From assembly GCA_030704615.1 (NCBI GenBank), contig CM060731.1, forward strand, positions 69,130,001 to 69,194,000: 64,000 nucleotides of DNA. Reading direction: 5' to 3'. The DNA comes from Takakia lepidozioides (Eukaryota; Plantae; Bryophyta). Shown piece after piece: positions 12,464 to 25,006 of this stretch (its first letter is position 1; each line of letters opens with the position of its first letter). The translations under genes were made by a program, and so were the position numbers. The notes under the pieces were generated by a model, which saw only the letters and a list, made by a program, of their open reading frames with translations, was not told the origin of the DNA and ran no database searches.

Positions 12464-15400
12464 GGACCATGCGGCTGGACACCACAAATTCCTCACCGAA
12501 AAAATGTCTCTTTCTACCTCCAGACCTTGCACCTTGCTTCACAGTTCCAGTAAAAATCAGAGTGCAAAATCGAGATAGTTTTGTAGAAGCATTTTTGGAC
12601 TCAGAGGCTTCAGCTTGTTTTATGGACAAAAATTTTGCGAAGCAACACAATTTAATGCTCGTAAAGAAGAAATTTTTGGCCCCCGTTGAAGTCATCGATG
12701 GACGACCGATAGCATCAGGAAATGTGGACCATGAAACTCGACCACTTGAAGTAAAGCTTAAAGATCAAGCATCACATATTGTTTTCAACGTCATCCAGTC
12801 TCCAACGAATCCTGTGATCCTTGGACTTCCCTGGTTCGTACTTCACAATCCTGACATCGACTAGCGAAGGCGAAAAATTTCTACAAGACAAAAATGTAGA
12901 AATATCAAAGGTATTCAACCTTTGTTCCTTGGAGCTAGAGCTTTCATGAGAGATACCAAAAAGGATGCGGCATTTGCACTTTATGCGACTCCGATCAAGA
13001 CCACACAAGGGTACTTCAACATTATCCGCTCAATATCAAGATTTCGATGATGTCTTCGAGAAAAAAAATGCAGACAAATTGCCAGAACATCGATCTTATG
13101 ATTGTGCAATTGAGTTACAAGAAGGAGCCCAACCACCATTCGACCCAATCTATAACTTATCCCAGACGGAGTTGGCTGCATTACGTGAATACATTGATGA
13201 AAATTTGTCGAAGCACTTCATCCGACATTCAAAATCACCTGCGGGGGCGCCTATCTTGTTTGTGAAAAAGAATGACGGATCATTACGCATGTGTGTAGAC
13301 TATCGCGGTCTCAACAAAGTCACAATTAAGAATCGTTACCCATTGTCACTGATTTCTGGGCTTCTCGACCAGCTGGGACGAGCAAAGATTTTCACCAAAA
13401 TTGACTTGAGATGAGCTTATAACCTTGTACGGATAAAAGAATGAGATGATTTCTATCAATCTGAGGTCGAATTTCTGGGCTACATTATTTTCAACAAAGT
13501 CGTCTTTATGGATCAGAAGAAAATACAAACCATCATCGAGTGGATTAAACCAACTTCGGTCCGAGATGTACAATATTTTCTGGGATTTGTAAATTTATAT
13601 AGAATCTTCATCAAAGACTACTCCAAAATTGCTGCACCATTGACACGACTCACAGGAAAAGACAAATTTGTATGGGACGAGAAGGCTGACCAGACATTTG
13701 AAAGGCTGAAGCAAACATTTACAACGGCTCCAATACTGGTACATACAGACCCATCTAAACCATTCTTCTTGGAAGCAGATGCATCGGACTTTGCACTTGG
13801 CGCTATACTCTCTTAATACGGTACAGTGGCCGACTTCACCCTGTTGGTTTTCGTTCTCGCAAATTTTCCGCTACAGAGATCAATTATGAAATCCATGACA
13901 AAGAACTTCTAGCGATCATCGATGTTTTTGAGGAGTGGCGTCATCTACTGGAGGGAGCTAATTAAACATCAGGTCACTGTCTACACCGATCACAAAAATC
14001 TCGAATATTTTATGAGTGCTTGTATTTTGAATCGACATTAAGCCAGATGAGGTATGTCACTAGCAAGGTTTAATTTTGTTATTACCTATTGCCCCGGACA
14101 TCTTCAAGGGAAACCCGATGCTCTTTCTCGACGATCGTATCTTGCGCCGAAAAAATGGGAGGCAACTTTCGACCAACATAAATCCATCATCTTGAAACCA
14201 GCAAATCTCTAATTGAATATGTTATCCATGTCCACCTATGACAATGCAGAGATCATAAATGAGATTTAGAAAGCACTGAAGAACGACTAATTTGCTACGA
14301 CACTACGAAGTCAACTAAATCAACCTAAAGACAACCCATATGTTATAAACGACTTCGAATTCAAAGATGACTTACTTTATTTCAAGGGACTCTCTATGTA
14401 CCTCCAGGACCTACACGACTTCGAGTTCTTCAAACATGTCATGATCTTCCGGCTACGGGACATTTTGGCTTCAACAAAACAATGGAATTGATATCCAGAG
14501 ACTATTGATGGCCGCAGATGTGGAAACTCGTGAAAGAATTTATAAAATCTTGTGACACGTGTGCTAGAGCGAAGGGTCCACGATATCGACCTTATGGCCT
14601 TCTTCAACCATTACCAATTCCCAAGGGTCCATGGTCGTCCGTGTCTATGGACTTTATTACGGACGTCCTTCCAATTTTCAAGACCACCGATTCAATCCTT
14701 GTTATTGTAGATCGTTTTATGAAGATGACACATTTCATTCCATGTAATAAGACGGTTACCGGCAAGGAAACTGCAAGACTCTTCCTCAATTATCTACCGC
14801 ATTCATGGACTCCCGAAAGACATCGTATCTGATCGAGGACCACAGTTCATATCAAATTTCTGGAGGGGATTATTTCACATATTGGATACTAAGATCAACC
14901 TCTCTACAACTAATCATCCACAGACTGATGGTCAAACCAAACGTGTAAACCAGATTTTGGAACAGTATCTTCGATGTACGATAAATTATCACCAAGATAA
15001 TTGGACGGACCTTCTGTCATTGGCTGAGTTTGCCTATAGCAACACTATACATTCTTCAACCAAACAAACTCCATTTTTCTCCAATTATGGTCATCGTCCT
15101 CAAGCAAACCATTTCCAAATGAAGACTGTTGGAAGCCCTGCTGCAGAAAACCTTGCTACTCATCTTGCTACGATTCACAAGGAGCTTACATTCCACCTCG
15201 CAGAAGCTCAAAAACAATACAAGGAGTATGCAAATCAACATTGCCAACTCCAATCCCAGTTCAAGGTCGGAGATCGTGTGTGGCTTCTTCGACGGGACAT
15301 ACAAACCTCGCGTTCATGAAGGAAGTTGGATTATCAACGCCTGGGACCATTCAAAATTATTCGACAAATAAATCCGGTCAGTTTTCGACTTGAACTCCCA

Positions 15401-15702
15401 CGAAGTATGCGCATCCATCCAGTCTTTCATGTTTCATTATTGGAGTTGTATCATCGAATATTCCAGGGAGAGTCTCCGTACCACCTCCATCAATTGAAAT
15501 CAATCAGAAAATTGAGTATGAAGTCGACGAAGTCATAGACTCTCGCATCAAGTATAAACGTCTTGAGTGTTTCGTACATTGGAAAGGCTACGACATCAGC
15601 GAACGAAAGTGGGAACCTTCATCCAACCTCGCCAATGCATCTGACAAAGTCCAAGAGTTTCATCAAAGATATCCAGGTAAGCCCCGAGCTACACGTCAAT
15701 AA
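12440..15702 (+). pseudogene. pol: Chromovirus pol (PR-RT-RH-IN-chromodomain), disrupted; RT core deleted
   Basis: PR AFLDSEAS; [32 protein letters not shown]; [13 protein letters not shown]; IN SMDFITD, SDRGPQF, HPQTDGQ, GPF. Chromodomain [26 protein letters not shown] at about 15513-15690. The YxDD region is missing near 13450. Confidence 0.88.
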
Positions 15703-16301
15703 GACATCACAACGATAATGTCAGCCAAGTTAGCTTCAAGGTGAAGACTCCACATTCAATGTACCTGATACGCGCTAAGGAGGGAGGAGCACCACACATT
15801 AGTATATAAAGCTACACTTCCAGCATTCTTGCATCTTGTATTGGCAGCATAGAGTCACAAGAACCAGATACATTGGAGTTGTCGCTTACACAACTACCAG
15901 ATCAGCCGTTCCGACTCTCACGACCTTCAACATCACGCTGACGCTCTCGAGATGATGGGCCACCAATGCGACGCGTACTTCCTCGTCTGGACCCCGTATG
16001 ATGGCAAGTGGAGCCTACTCGAAGTCGGATAATTCTATTGGAGGTTGAGGCTTCGGACCTAGAGGGCAAGGAAATCCTGTTTGAAGGCAGCTTTGAAAAT
16101 CAGAATGCTCAAATCACTACGTCGTCCCAAGTTCAAGGTATTGGACACTATCGATGGTTGCAGGGACCTATAAATCATTTGAGTCAAGAACGAAGAGCCG
16201 AATACTTGGCAAGTACCATTCGCCGGATTTTGGATTTTCTCCAACTCCAAGCAAGTCCAAGATTTTATTGCTGGACTCGAGGAACTCGGAGAATGGGGTG
16301 A

Positions 16302-16884
16302 TGTCACGGACATAGCCCAGACAAACTTATCTGGAGTAAATACCAGAAGTTATCAAGTTACCATGACGTGCTGTGATTTACCATGATTTACCATTACCGG
16401 GAGTTTACCAAATTACCAAGAGTAACTTGGGAAACTGCTCATGAAGCTTCATTTGGAGGAAACTTCTCCATCAAGATACCTCCTTTATTTAAGGAAGTTT
16501 CTCCATCAAGAAACCTTTGTTTAATCTTGGAAAGTTCTTCATCAAGAAACCTCTATAGGGGAAGCTTCTTAGGGAATCTCTTAGTAGCGAGTATATATAG
16601 GAGGCGAGACTAGACACTCTTCAGTCTCGCCAACACAAGTTCAAGCTACTCTTGTTCCCAGTCCCAGTACTCCAGTCCAGCTTCCAATACTCTAGTCCAG
16701 TTTCCAGCATTCCAGTATTCGAGTCGAGTTCCAGTATCTTGTACTCTTGTCCATTGTTATAAAGATCATCTTGATTCATGTTTACCCACCATGCATTCGG
16801 CCACGCCGACCTTGACTTCTTGTCTAGTCTTGTACCTCCAGTTTGATCTCTTGTTTGTATTCAGTCATGTTCTCGTCCTTGACA
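16302..16884 (+). repeat. 3' LTR of chromovirus
   Basis: TG...CA boundaries, preceded by a purine tract. Partly homologous to 11000-11420. Confidence 0.75.
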
Positions 16885-17030
16885 ACCACTAGCATGGGGG
16901 TGGTCGTAGCAGTTTTTTTTTTTTTTTTTTCAATAGGTGCGACCACCAGCATGGGGTGGTCGCAGCATTTGTTAATTAATTTAAATAACATGCAACTTCC
17001 TCGTGCGACCTAGGGCGGTCGCAGCATTGG
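16885..17030. repeat. Short TGCGACC(N)GGTCGCA inverted motifs, probable hAT subterminal region
   Basis: Three copies (e.g. TGCGACCACCAGCATGGGGTGGTCGCA, TGCGACCTAGGGCGGTCGCA) lie upstream of the hAT ORF. Confidence 0.5.
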
Positions 17031-17429
17031 ATTTTGATTCGTCGAGCGTGTGAGGCTTAAAGGCTGGAGGTATATAAGGTGGTCACAATGCCCCTCACTT
17101 CTTTTGTGGCAAACACTTTTATGACGAGTGAATGTTCTCTATTCCTTGAGCAAGAATGTAGCCCAAGAGGAGGGTGCGGACCATTTGCTGTTGTGGCTTC
17201 TACCAGAACTACTGCAGCAAATTGTCGAAAAGCACAATACTATATGGTGCATTGATCCACTTGGATTGATGCCGTAGTGTTGGGCCATTGCATTCTGTTC
17301 TACCTTTTATTGCTCTTGACAAATCTACCAAGTATACTAGTATTCTTCGTTCAACTTTAAGTTTGTGATTAGGGTTCTGGGTGTGAGGATGAGGGAGGAA
17401 TGAATGACTTGGTTCACCGTAGACCCGCA

Positions 17430-20400
17430 CAAAAAAAGACGGTGTTCAATGCAATCTCTGTGCATTGAAGCTGGTGGGTCGCAAAGATCGCATATTATAT
17501 CACATCGGCTATAGAGATGGGAAGAATGCAGGGGTTAGTTTGTGCCCAAAAGCCTCCATGCAAGTAAAAGCCCACTTTGCCCAATATAGAGGCAATATCC
17601 CACCGTCTCTTGATGTGGCCGCGGCTTCTGAGCCACACACTCCATGTTCGAATCAAAATGTCCCTCAGAGTTGTACCAAGGGGGATTCTTGCAAGGCGTC
17701 TGCTGTTCATGGAGAAGCCGGTGGGTCAGGAACAACACCCAATTATACGCCAGCACTTGTACGGACCACACCATTGAGGCAACAATCAATGCAAAAAGAC
17801 TTAAATTTGTCGCACAGAAGGACTCTAGATAAGAAGTGGGCCCAATTTTTCTACGAGGCCAATATTTCGTTCAATGTCTCGAGGCTTCCTGCCTTTCTGG
17901 GTGATTCTCTCCAGAAATATGGAAGCACTATATGTGCAGACGGTTGGAGTTCTAATACTAATCAATCATTGTTCAATGTCATGTTGGTCTGTCCTGCGGA
18001 GGAACAATTTTTGGGATCCGGGGAGAGAAAAGATGCACGTTATCAAGCACGGTTGTTGACGAGTTTCATCGATACAATTGGAGCTGATAAAATTGTCCAA
18101 GTGTGCACGGACAATGCATCTAACATGGTTAATATGGCCGATATTTTGATGGTACGATATCCCCATCTATATTACCAAGGGTGTATTGCTCATGTCTTTG
18201 ATCTCTTTTTGGAGGATTGGGAAAAAGAATCATGGATGAAACAGCTAGTGAAAAGGGCAAAGTCGGTTGTGACGTTCATCCGTACACATCACATCCCTCT
18301 GGCATTGTTTAGAAATCATGAACCCAAATACAGCCTTAGGAACCCGGGTGAAACCCGCTTTGCCACAAATTTTTTGATGGTGAATCGACTGATGACTGTG
18401 AGGGCGGGTCTGGAGCAGGTGATCATCGACCCTCAATGCACTACAACAGATGAGCGTTTTTATGACTGCACATATGACTATTTTTTCAGTCCTATATGCG
18501 TTCATGACTATATCACTCTGCAGTGAAAAAAACCCTGTCATAGCGACTAATCTTTAGGACTACGTTTTGCAAGTCATAGCCGTGACTGCGTGCGTGGCAC
18601 CTGGAGTCATGCTGTAGAGAGGATGTAGTCACAACTATATGATTTATATATGACTAACTATATGACTACATGTCTACAAAGTATAACTCCATTGGAGAGG
18701 CGTTAGAGAGACATATGTAGCACTCCGGATGTGACACGTGTCCACATGGACAACATATATATGACCCACACGTGGGAAAGAATATCGTATCATATAATGC
18801 CACGTTGCCATGATGTAGTCATGAGTATATAACTTCATGACTAAAGAGGTTTTTTAATAATATTTTAATTTAATAAATTAAATCATACATAATATTTAGA
18901 TTATTAATTGATTTAAATTCTCATTAGGTATCTAGGAAAATAGAATGGAATCCATTGTTGTCTTTTATTATTATTTTTATTTTTGTTAACAAAGAGGGAC
19001 AGTGGGGGACAGTGGCCTCTAGAACTTTATAGGTAATGGACATAAAATGTCCTTGGATACAAAGAGGAAAAATAACCTCTGGATAGAGTGCCATAGAGGC
19101 TGAAAGAGGAAGACACAGCTTCGCGTACCAAGACAAGAAAGAGTAGTAAGAAGGAAGGCAAGCAAAGAAGGGGGTCTGCATAGAGCTAAAGAGTCTAGCA
19201 GGAAAAGAGACTGCAGCCAGAAACTACTGCCATAACTTGGAAACAGAAAGGCACCAAGCTAAGGAGAAGAACTGAAAATCAGCTAACAATGTCATAAGAA
19301 AGTTGGGCCCTAGGCCTAGCCTTCCACTTCCCAAAAGATCTACAGATGGAGAGACATCCCTGCACGGGTCGTGCTCTTCAGCTCAAGACCAACCAATTGA
19401 TCATCTATCCATGCAGGGTTCTTGTAGCTATCCTTCCACAGGGAATCATATGTAATCTGGAGATTGAAATCCGGCCCTCTTGGATGAATCTGGACCCATG
19501 CACTCTATCCCTGCTCCTTCAACTATCCATGCCTCTGCACAAATCATGTATACATGTATCATGTATCAGAGGAGGAGAGAGAGAGAGAGAGAGAGAGAGT
19601 CATTACCATGTCACATTCCCAATCTTTGGGGGGAGCTTAAGAATATAGTTCGTAATCAAAAAAGCCCTTTAAAAATAGTGGCTTGGTAATTCTTGGGTTC
19701 AAATAGCTTAAACAAGTATGTTGTAAGCTCAACAGGTCTTTGAGAAAACCATTAGAGCAGGCCTAAGAGTGAGAGCTTTGATGAAAACAATTCCCTATTA
19801 CAGCTTTAAAGGACTTGTATGTTCCTAAAAGCACAAGCTGAACTGATTGTACTTCCATAAGTAGATGCAGGGCTATGGTATGTATCCTAGGGCCTTATCC
19901 AGTCACTCTGCCAAGTTTTAGAGAGATCCTCAAAAATACCAGTCTGTAATCAGGTTATAATCTCCATGGGGGAGCCTAAAAGAATGTATGTGTTCTTAAA
20001 AAGGCTTACCCAATGCCTTACTTAATACATTCTAAAATGGTGAGGCATAAACAGCACTGTCTGACTCTCCAAAAGGCCAGAAAACAGGTCTGGAAAAATG
20101 CATCCAATGTCACACTTGCATCACCAAACCCTTGTCATCACAACCAGCCCGAACCTTCACAATAAGGTCTGATTTCTAGGAGGCCCAGCCCATTTACTTC
20201 CCTGACTTAACAGATTTGGTTATCAAGAACCAGAAATCAAAGTAAAGGTTTAAGGCATATCCCCCTTGAAGCAGCTTTGAAGCAGAAAATTGCAACAACG
20301 GCAGCTTGCAGCATATCTTATCCCTCCTGCAATAACCAGATCATCTGCAAGCCAAAGAGTTCATGCCAAGTGAAATCCCTCACCTGCGCCCGTCCCAAAA

Positions 20401-22960
20401 ACAAACACAAAAAATGTTTTGTGCGTTAGTGAGGATGCGCGAGGTGAATTACAAGATTTCACAGTTGCTATCCATGTCAGGTATGAGCCATAAAGCATGC
20501 GAAGATCACAGAACCAGCAGAAGAAAGCATAGATGTGACACCACAAAGAACCTCAATCTTTTGTGGAGTAGGACGCTGCAGTGTTCATCATCTGAATTTG
20601 AACGAGCACAACAGAATGCAACGGGAGGAGAGTTGAGGACAGGTTGTATCTTGTAATACAGGCCGCTTCCCCACCTCCATAACCGCTGCTGCTTCATCAA
20701 TGAGGAAAAAACGTAGGCAAACATAACAGTATGTCATTTGCCATCGCGGGAGATGAAAGTGTCTGTTGCCATCGCGCGTTCAAAAAACAAGAACACACAT
20801 GTTCGGATCTTGTTGCTCGGGCATTCAGCCGCCATCGAGCATTCATCCGCCATCGCCCTCTTCCAGAGAAAAAAAACACGCACGATATCGTGTTGTGTCT
20901 AGGGCAGAGAGACACTTAAAGGAAAACCACCCGCGATTTCATCCACCATCCGGTATGGATGGTATCAGACCAGGATGAAAAATGGGCATTCAATAGGTTT
21001 AAATCAAAGGAGCATAAACCTAAAATGCATTGAAATGCATATCTGCCTGTAAGTCATCCAGTTATGGTTATAACAGAAATTTCATTCAATATGGATGAAA
21101 CCTTAAAAACCCTCTTGGATGAACCTGGACCTCTATCCCTGGTCCTTTAGCTACCCCTGTCTGTGTACAAATCATGAATACTTGCTGCTAGCAGCTGACA
21201 CTGACGGCGTGAAGTTCTTCCAGCAAACCCCAACCCTAATTATTACAGTAGTTCTAATTCTAAATTGCATCTACTTCTCTGTAGTGTAGTCCAACATGCA
21301 TTCACCTTTTTGTCTCCATTGTCTCGCCATTGACTGGGGTCGGAAAAGTGTTCATTCCAAAGCTTCTCCTCATCTCTATTACCTGTTTTTGGATACTTTC
21401 ATGCTGCCAAACAGAGCAAAACAGGCTGAAATAGGTCAAAGAAGAAGGTATCCTCACCACATTGTCCTTTACCTTGTATCATGACCCATAGAGGATTTGA
21501 CCGACCATCAGCCCAAAAGGACCCCTTGTGTGTGCTGCTTGTATCTGTAGTCAGATAATGTTGGATTGGTATGTGAGATCGATCCACCACGGTGCAGCTG
21601 AGCAGGCAGAGATTGAAACACGGCCTGCTAAGACCAAGCTGACTCTCCCAAGAACGGCGAGCGTCTCCTCGTCTCGTCTCTCTCCCAAAAACGGCGAGCT
21701 CACAAGAATGTTGGGATCTTCTCCTCATCTCCTCTCCTCCTCCTCTTCTCCTTCCTGCATCATTTGCTCAAGAGTAGGAAGGTCTGCAAAGCCTCCATCC
21801 CACGCCCCTGCATATCCTACAATCATCGCGTTCCATGACACAACATCAAATAGATGGTAAAACGCAGGAGACAAAAAAGCCTAAGTCCCAGCCCGGTGTA
21901 AAGTTCGGCGGTGTAATCTTAAACTGTTAGATCTTAAATAATCTAGACCGTTAGATCCTGTAAAATCTAACGATTCAAAATAATTTCCATCACATGATCT
22001 AATCTTGTACAACCACGTATTTTAATCTCATATATCTTGCGATCCTTGTTAAGCCACGTCCATCCAGGTCCAATTTATTGAACAAATATCAAATCAACAC
22101 ACCGTATAGGCGGATGGATGAACCCATCCATTGAATGAATTCATTAATGTATATGCCTTTTAAATGACATGTGTAGTGATGTAGTCATATATATAGAGTT
22201 ATGAAACAATTTGCAGTAAGGGACTCATAAGTTTACATGCCATGTCATCGATGGATAAACTCATCCAACGGATCAATACATTCATGTATGTGCTTTCAAA
22301 ATGACACGTGTAGGGATGTAGTCGTATAAATAGAGCTGTAAAACCATCTTCAGTCATGGAGTCACAAGATTCCATGAAACGTCGTCCACGTCTAGTCAAA
22401 CATATCACACTAGTCATAAAACCATCCTTGTCATCATGGTCAACAATGTTTGACCAATGCTCCCTAATTTTCCGGAGTCATGTAGTGATATCCATTACTA
22501 TAAAGTGATAAAACTATGACTGCAACGCATTTCAGCGCTCTGTAGTCGTGTACCTAGTGTCGTTTTTATGACTCCGCCAAATCCGTAGTCCTAAAAACGC
22601 TCATCTCTTGTAGTGATGGGATACGTATGTGGGCACCTTAATTACGCGACTCTCGTAATAAGTCTTTGAGCAAAAGTCGGAGGGTCCGCGCAATCATTCG
22701 CTCCGACGATTTCTAGGCGAAATGTGCAAATTTTGTGTACATGGTGGAACCGGTGTTGATTGCTTTGCGGGAGTTTGATGGAAAACAACCAATAATGGGT
22801 AAAGCATGGTTGATATTGGAAAATCTTCAGAAGCACGTGCAATCCTTGAGGTGTCCTCTATTCTTTGTGGACGATGATTTGGCGGCAAAGACCGAGGATG
22901 CATTTTACGACCGCAAACGGATGGTTTGCACAGACTTGCATTATGCGGGGGCCTTACTGA
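17430..22960 (+). pseudogene. hAT transposase (BED-like finger + DUF659), split by CACTA copy 2 and truncated at about 22960
   Basis: VQCNLC..RILYHIG, TICADGWS, VQVCTDNASNM, GCIAHVFDLFLED and PGETRFATNF in 17430-18438. Continues after 22618 with EPVLIALREFDG..MGKAW..TDLHYAGALL. Confidence 0.85.
18439..22615 (-). mobile_element. Non-autonomous CACTA element, copy 2 (inverted relative to copy 1)
   Basis: CACTACAACAGATGAGCG...CGCTCATCTCTTGTAGTG with TSD ATG (18436-18438, 22616-22618). About 1.1 kb and 1.0 kb of the ends are reverse-complement matches to copy 1. Confidence 0.92.
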
Positions 22961-23058
22961 AATGGCAATTTCAGCCCCTGAAATTGGCTATGGGTGAACC
23001 AATCATTCCCCTGCCAAATGATTTTGGATTGATTTGAAACTTTGCGAGTGTCTTGTAC

Positions 23059-23081
23059 GGGGGATGCTATTGTGTGAGCAG
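23059..23081 (+). repeat. Left TIR of MULE
   Basis: Imperfect inverted match to 49140-49162, followed by GAGCAG and GATGAATG subterminal motifs mirrored at the right end. Confidence 0.75.
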
Positions 23082-25006
23082 ATCCCACGAGCAGAAAATT
23101 GCATGAGCAGAAATCTGCTCACGCTTGAGGACCTGCCTACCTATAACCGCAGACGTCCAGTCGACTTAGAAGACCTATTACTGCGCAGAGTGGCCAGTAT
23201 CAGAAGGTCGGATATGGATGTTGCTTGGATGAATGAGGGATGAATGTCGGATGAATGTCTGTGTAACAAATGAGAGGTGGATGAATGACATAAATGAAAG
23301 ATTAGATAGTTGTTTGTAGTGGTAGCTCCCAAAAGCTCGGAGATGCATGAAACCATACTTGTCTTGCTTGAAAATCAATTATGTCGGGTGCAATGTATAT
23401 TGCAAACTTTGAGTCCACATTGCTTTGTTGATTGAGAAGGACCACATGTCATTTTCCCAGTTATACAACATTAATAGAGAGGATCACATCCAATCATGAA
23501 GAGGCAAACATGTGAACTCTTGGTTTTTAAACAAACCCTTCAAAAGAATCGATTCATTCGGACAAAGAAGATCCACTGCTACAGGACGCACTGTTCAGGA
23601 CGAAGGCAGACTGTCCACAAAGACACTAGCCCTGCTCTGCTGAAAACCATGTCTTTCGTGTAGCAGAGAAGGTGGAGATGTCAGTAGACTATACTCCTTA
23701 GCCGCAACCTCCGCATAAGCTGGCAAATGAAATTGTGCTGGAGGACTTGGAAAAAAATCCGGGTTGGCAAATAAGGGCAGAAACCATGGCATCATAGGAC
23801 TCCGTCAACCACACAGTAATGAGTAAAATTGGTAAATACTTTGGAAGCCAAACTGCAGCCAAACAAAGGAGCACCAAAAGGATCCGTCATGGGGTCTATG
23901 AGTTGCCACAAAAGAACATGCACTTACTCACATGAAAAATCCGAATCCACATCCAGAGCATCCGGCTCTTGCAGATCCTCCTCCTCAACAATCTTCTCAG
24001 TCTGGGTCGAATGCGAGGATCCCTCAGAGAGTGGAGCGATGACTCGAGAGTAAAGCTCCTCGTCCCCCTCAAACCCAAAAAGATGTCTTCCTGCACACTT
24101 GCAGGCATGGAACGAAGCCCCTATAGGATAGCGAATGAAAGCACGAAACCATGTCAGAAGCCAAAACAGGAGAGGAACATGTGCAACGAAGAATGAAGAA
24201 GAGTTTCGGCATGCACCTGTGCCCATGGAGAGGTCAACGACTTTGCCACCATGCCGGCTGCATGTCTCAATGAAGGTCTGCATGAACACGGGCGACTTCT
24301 CCCAGGCACCTCTCCATGGAATTCCTCCAGTCTTTTTCAGAGTCTAGGACGCATCCACATAGTTGTGAACAACATCAGATTCGACTGGGTCGCAATCTGG
24401 GTCTATGTGCAGACCTCCTCCCCAAATGTCGAAATGCCCAACATAAGCAGGAATGTTGGCAGGCCGAATTCATGACAGGCAAATGGCCTTGAACACATGG
24501 GTCTGCACCAGCAACAATGGAAATATGTCAGCAAGTATGGGTATTCAACGACAACACGGACGAAGACAAATGAAAGTTACAAGAAATACCTTTTGCCCTG
24601 GAAACTCCCCCTTCGACAGAGGCAGTGTATTAACACATGTCCATATTTTGTTGATTTGGAACCCAGAGGACTTCATGTAGCTATGAAGAATCCGGCGGGA
24701 TGCCATGTCGTCAGATTGAAATATCAGAAGGCCCCCTGCGTCAGAGAGGAACTTGTTGCAGAAAGAGAATGCCCACTGCCAATACAGAGGATTTTGAGCA
24801 TTCCACTGTGGAGTCACAGCAGGGGAAATGATATCAAGCATAGGCTGCCCATCCGGGATGTCAAGGATTACAAGGTCAGCGGCGTAAGGCTGCTGGACAC
24901 CGTTCACCCAGCATGGATTCTACGTCACCTGCCAAAAGCAAATGCAAGCGAATGAAATTGGGTAGTTGGTATACATTTAGGGAACTGGTAGTACAAAGCA
25001 CTGGTG

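Larger units (their letters stand above)
11000..16884 (+). mobile_element. Decayed Ty3/Gypsy chromovirus (Tcn1-like)
   Basis: Related LTR starts TGTCACGGAC(T/A)TAGCCC at 11000 and 16302. The 3' LTR ends CCTTGACA at 16884. PPT-like GGAGAATGGGGTGA precedes the 3' LTR. Internal order is gag, PR, RT, RH, IN, chromodomain. No matching TSD (CGAAC vs ACCAC), and the 5' LTR is rearranged. Confidence 0.88.

Noticed and set aside
17465-18526. Intact 353-aa hAT protein
   Set aside because: The last about 28 residues are read-through into the CACTA terminus; the true continuation lies after 22618.
3487-22615. One giant foldback element or an assembly inversion artefact
   Set aside because: Each half has its own complete CACTA termini and a distinct TSD, and the copies differ by substitutions and cargo.
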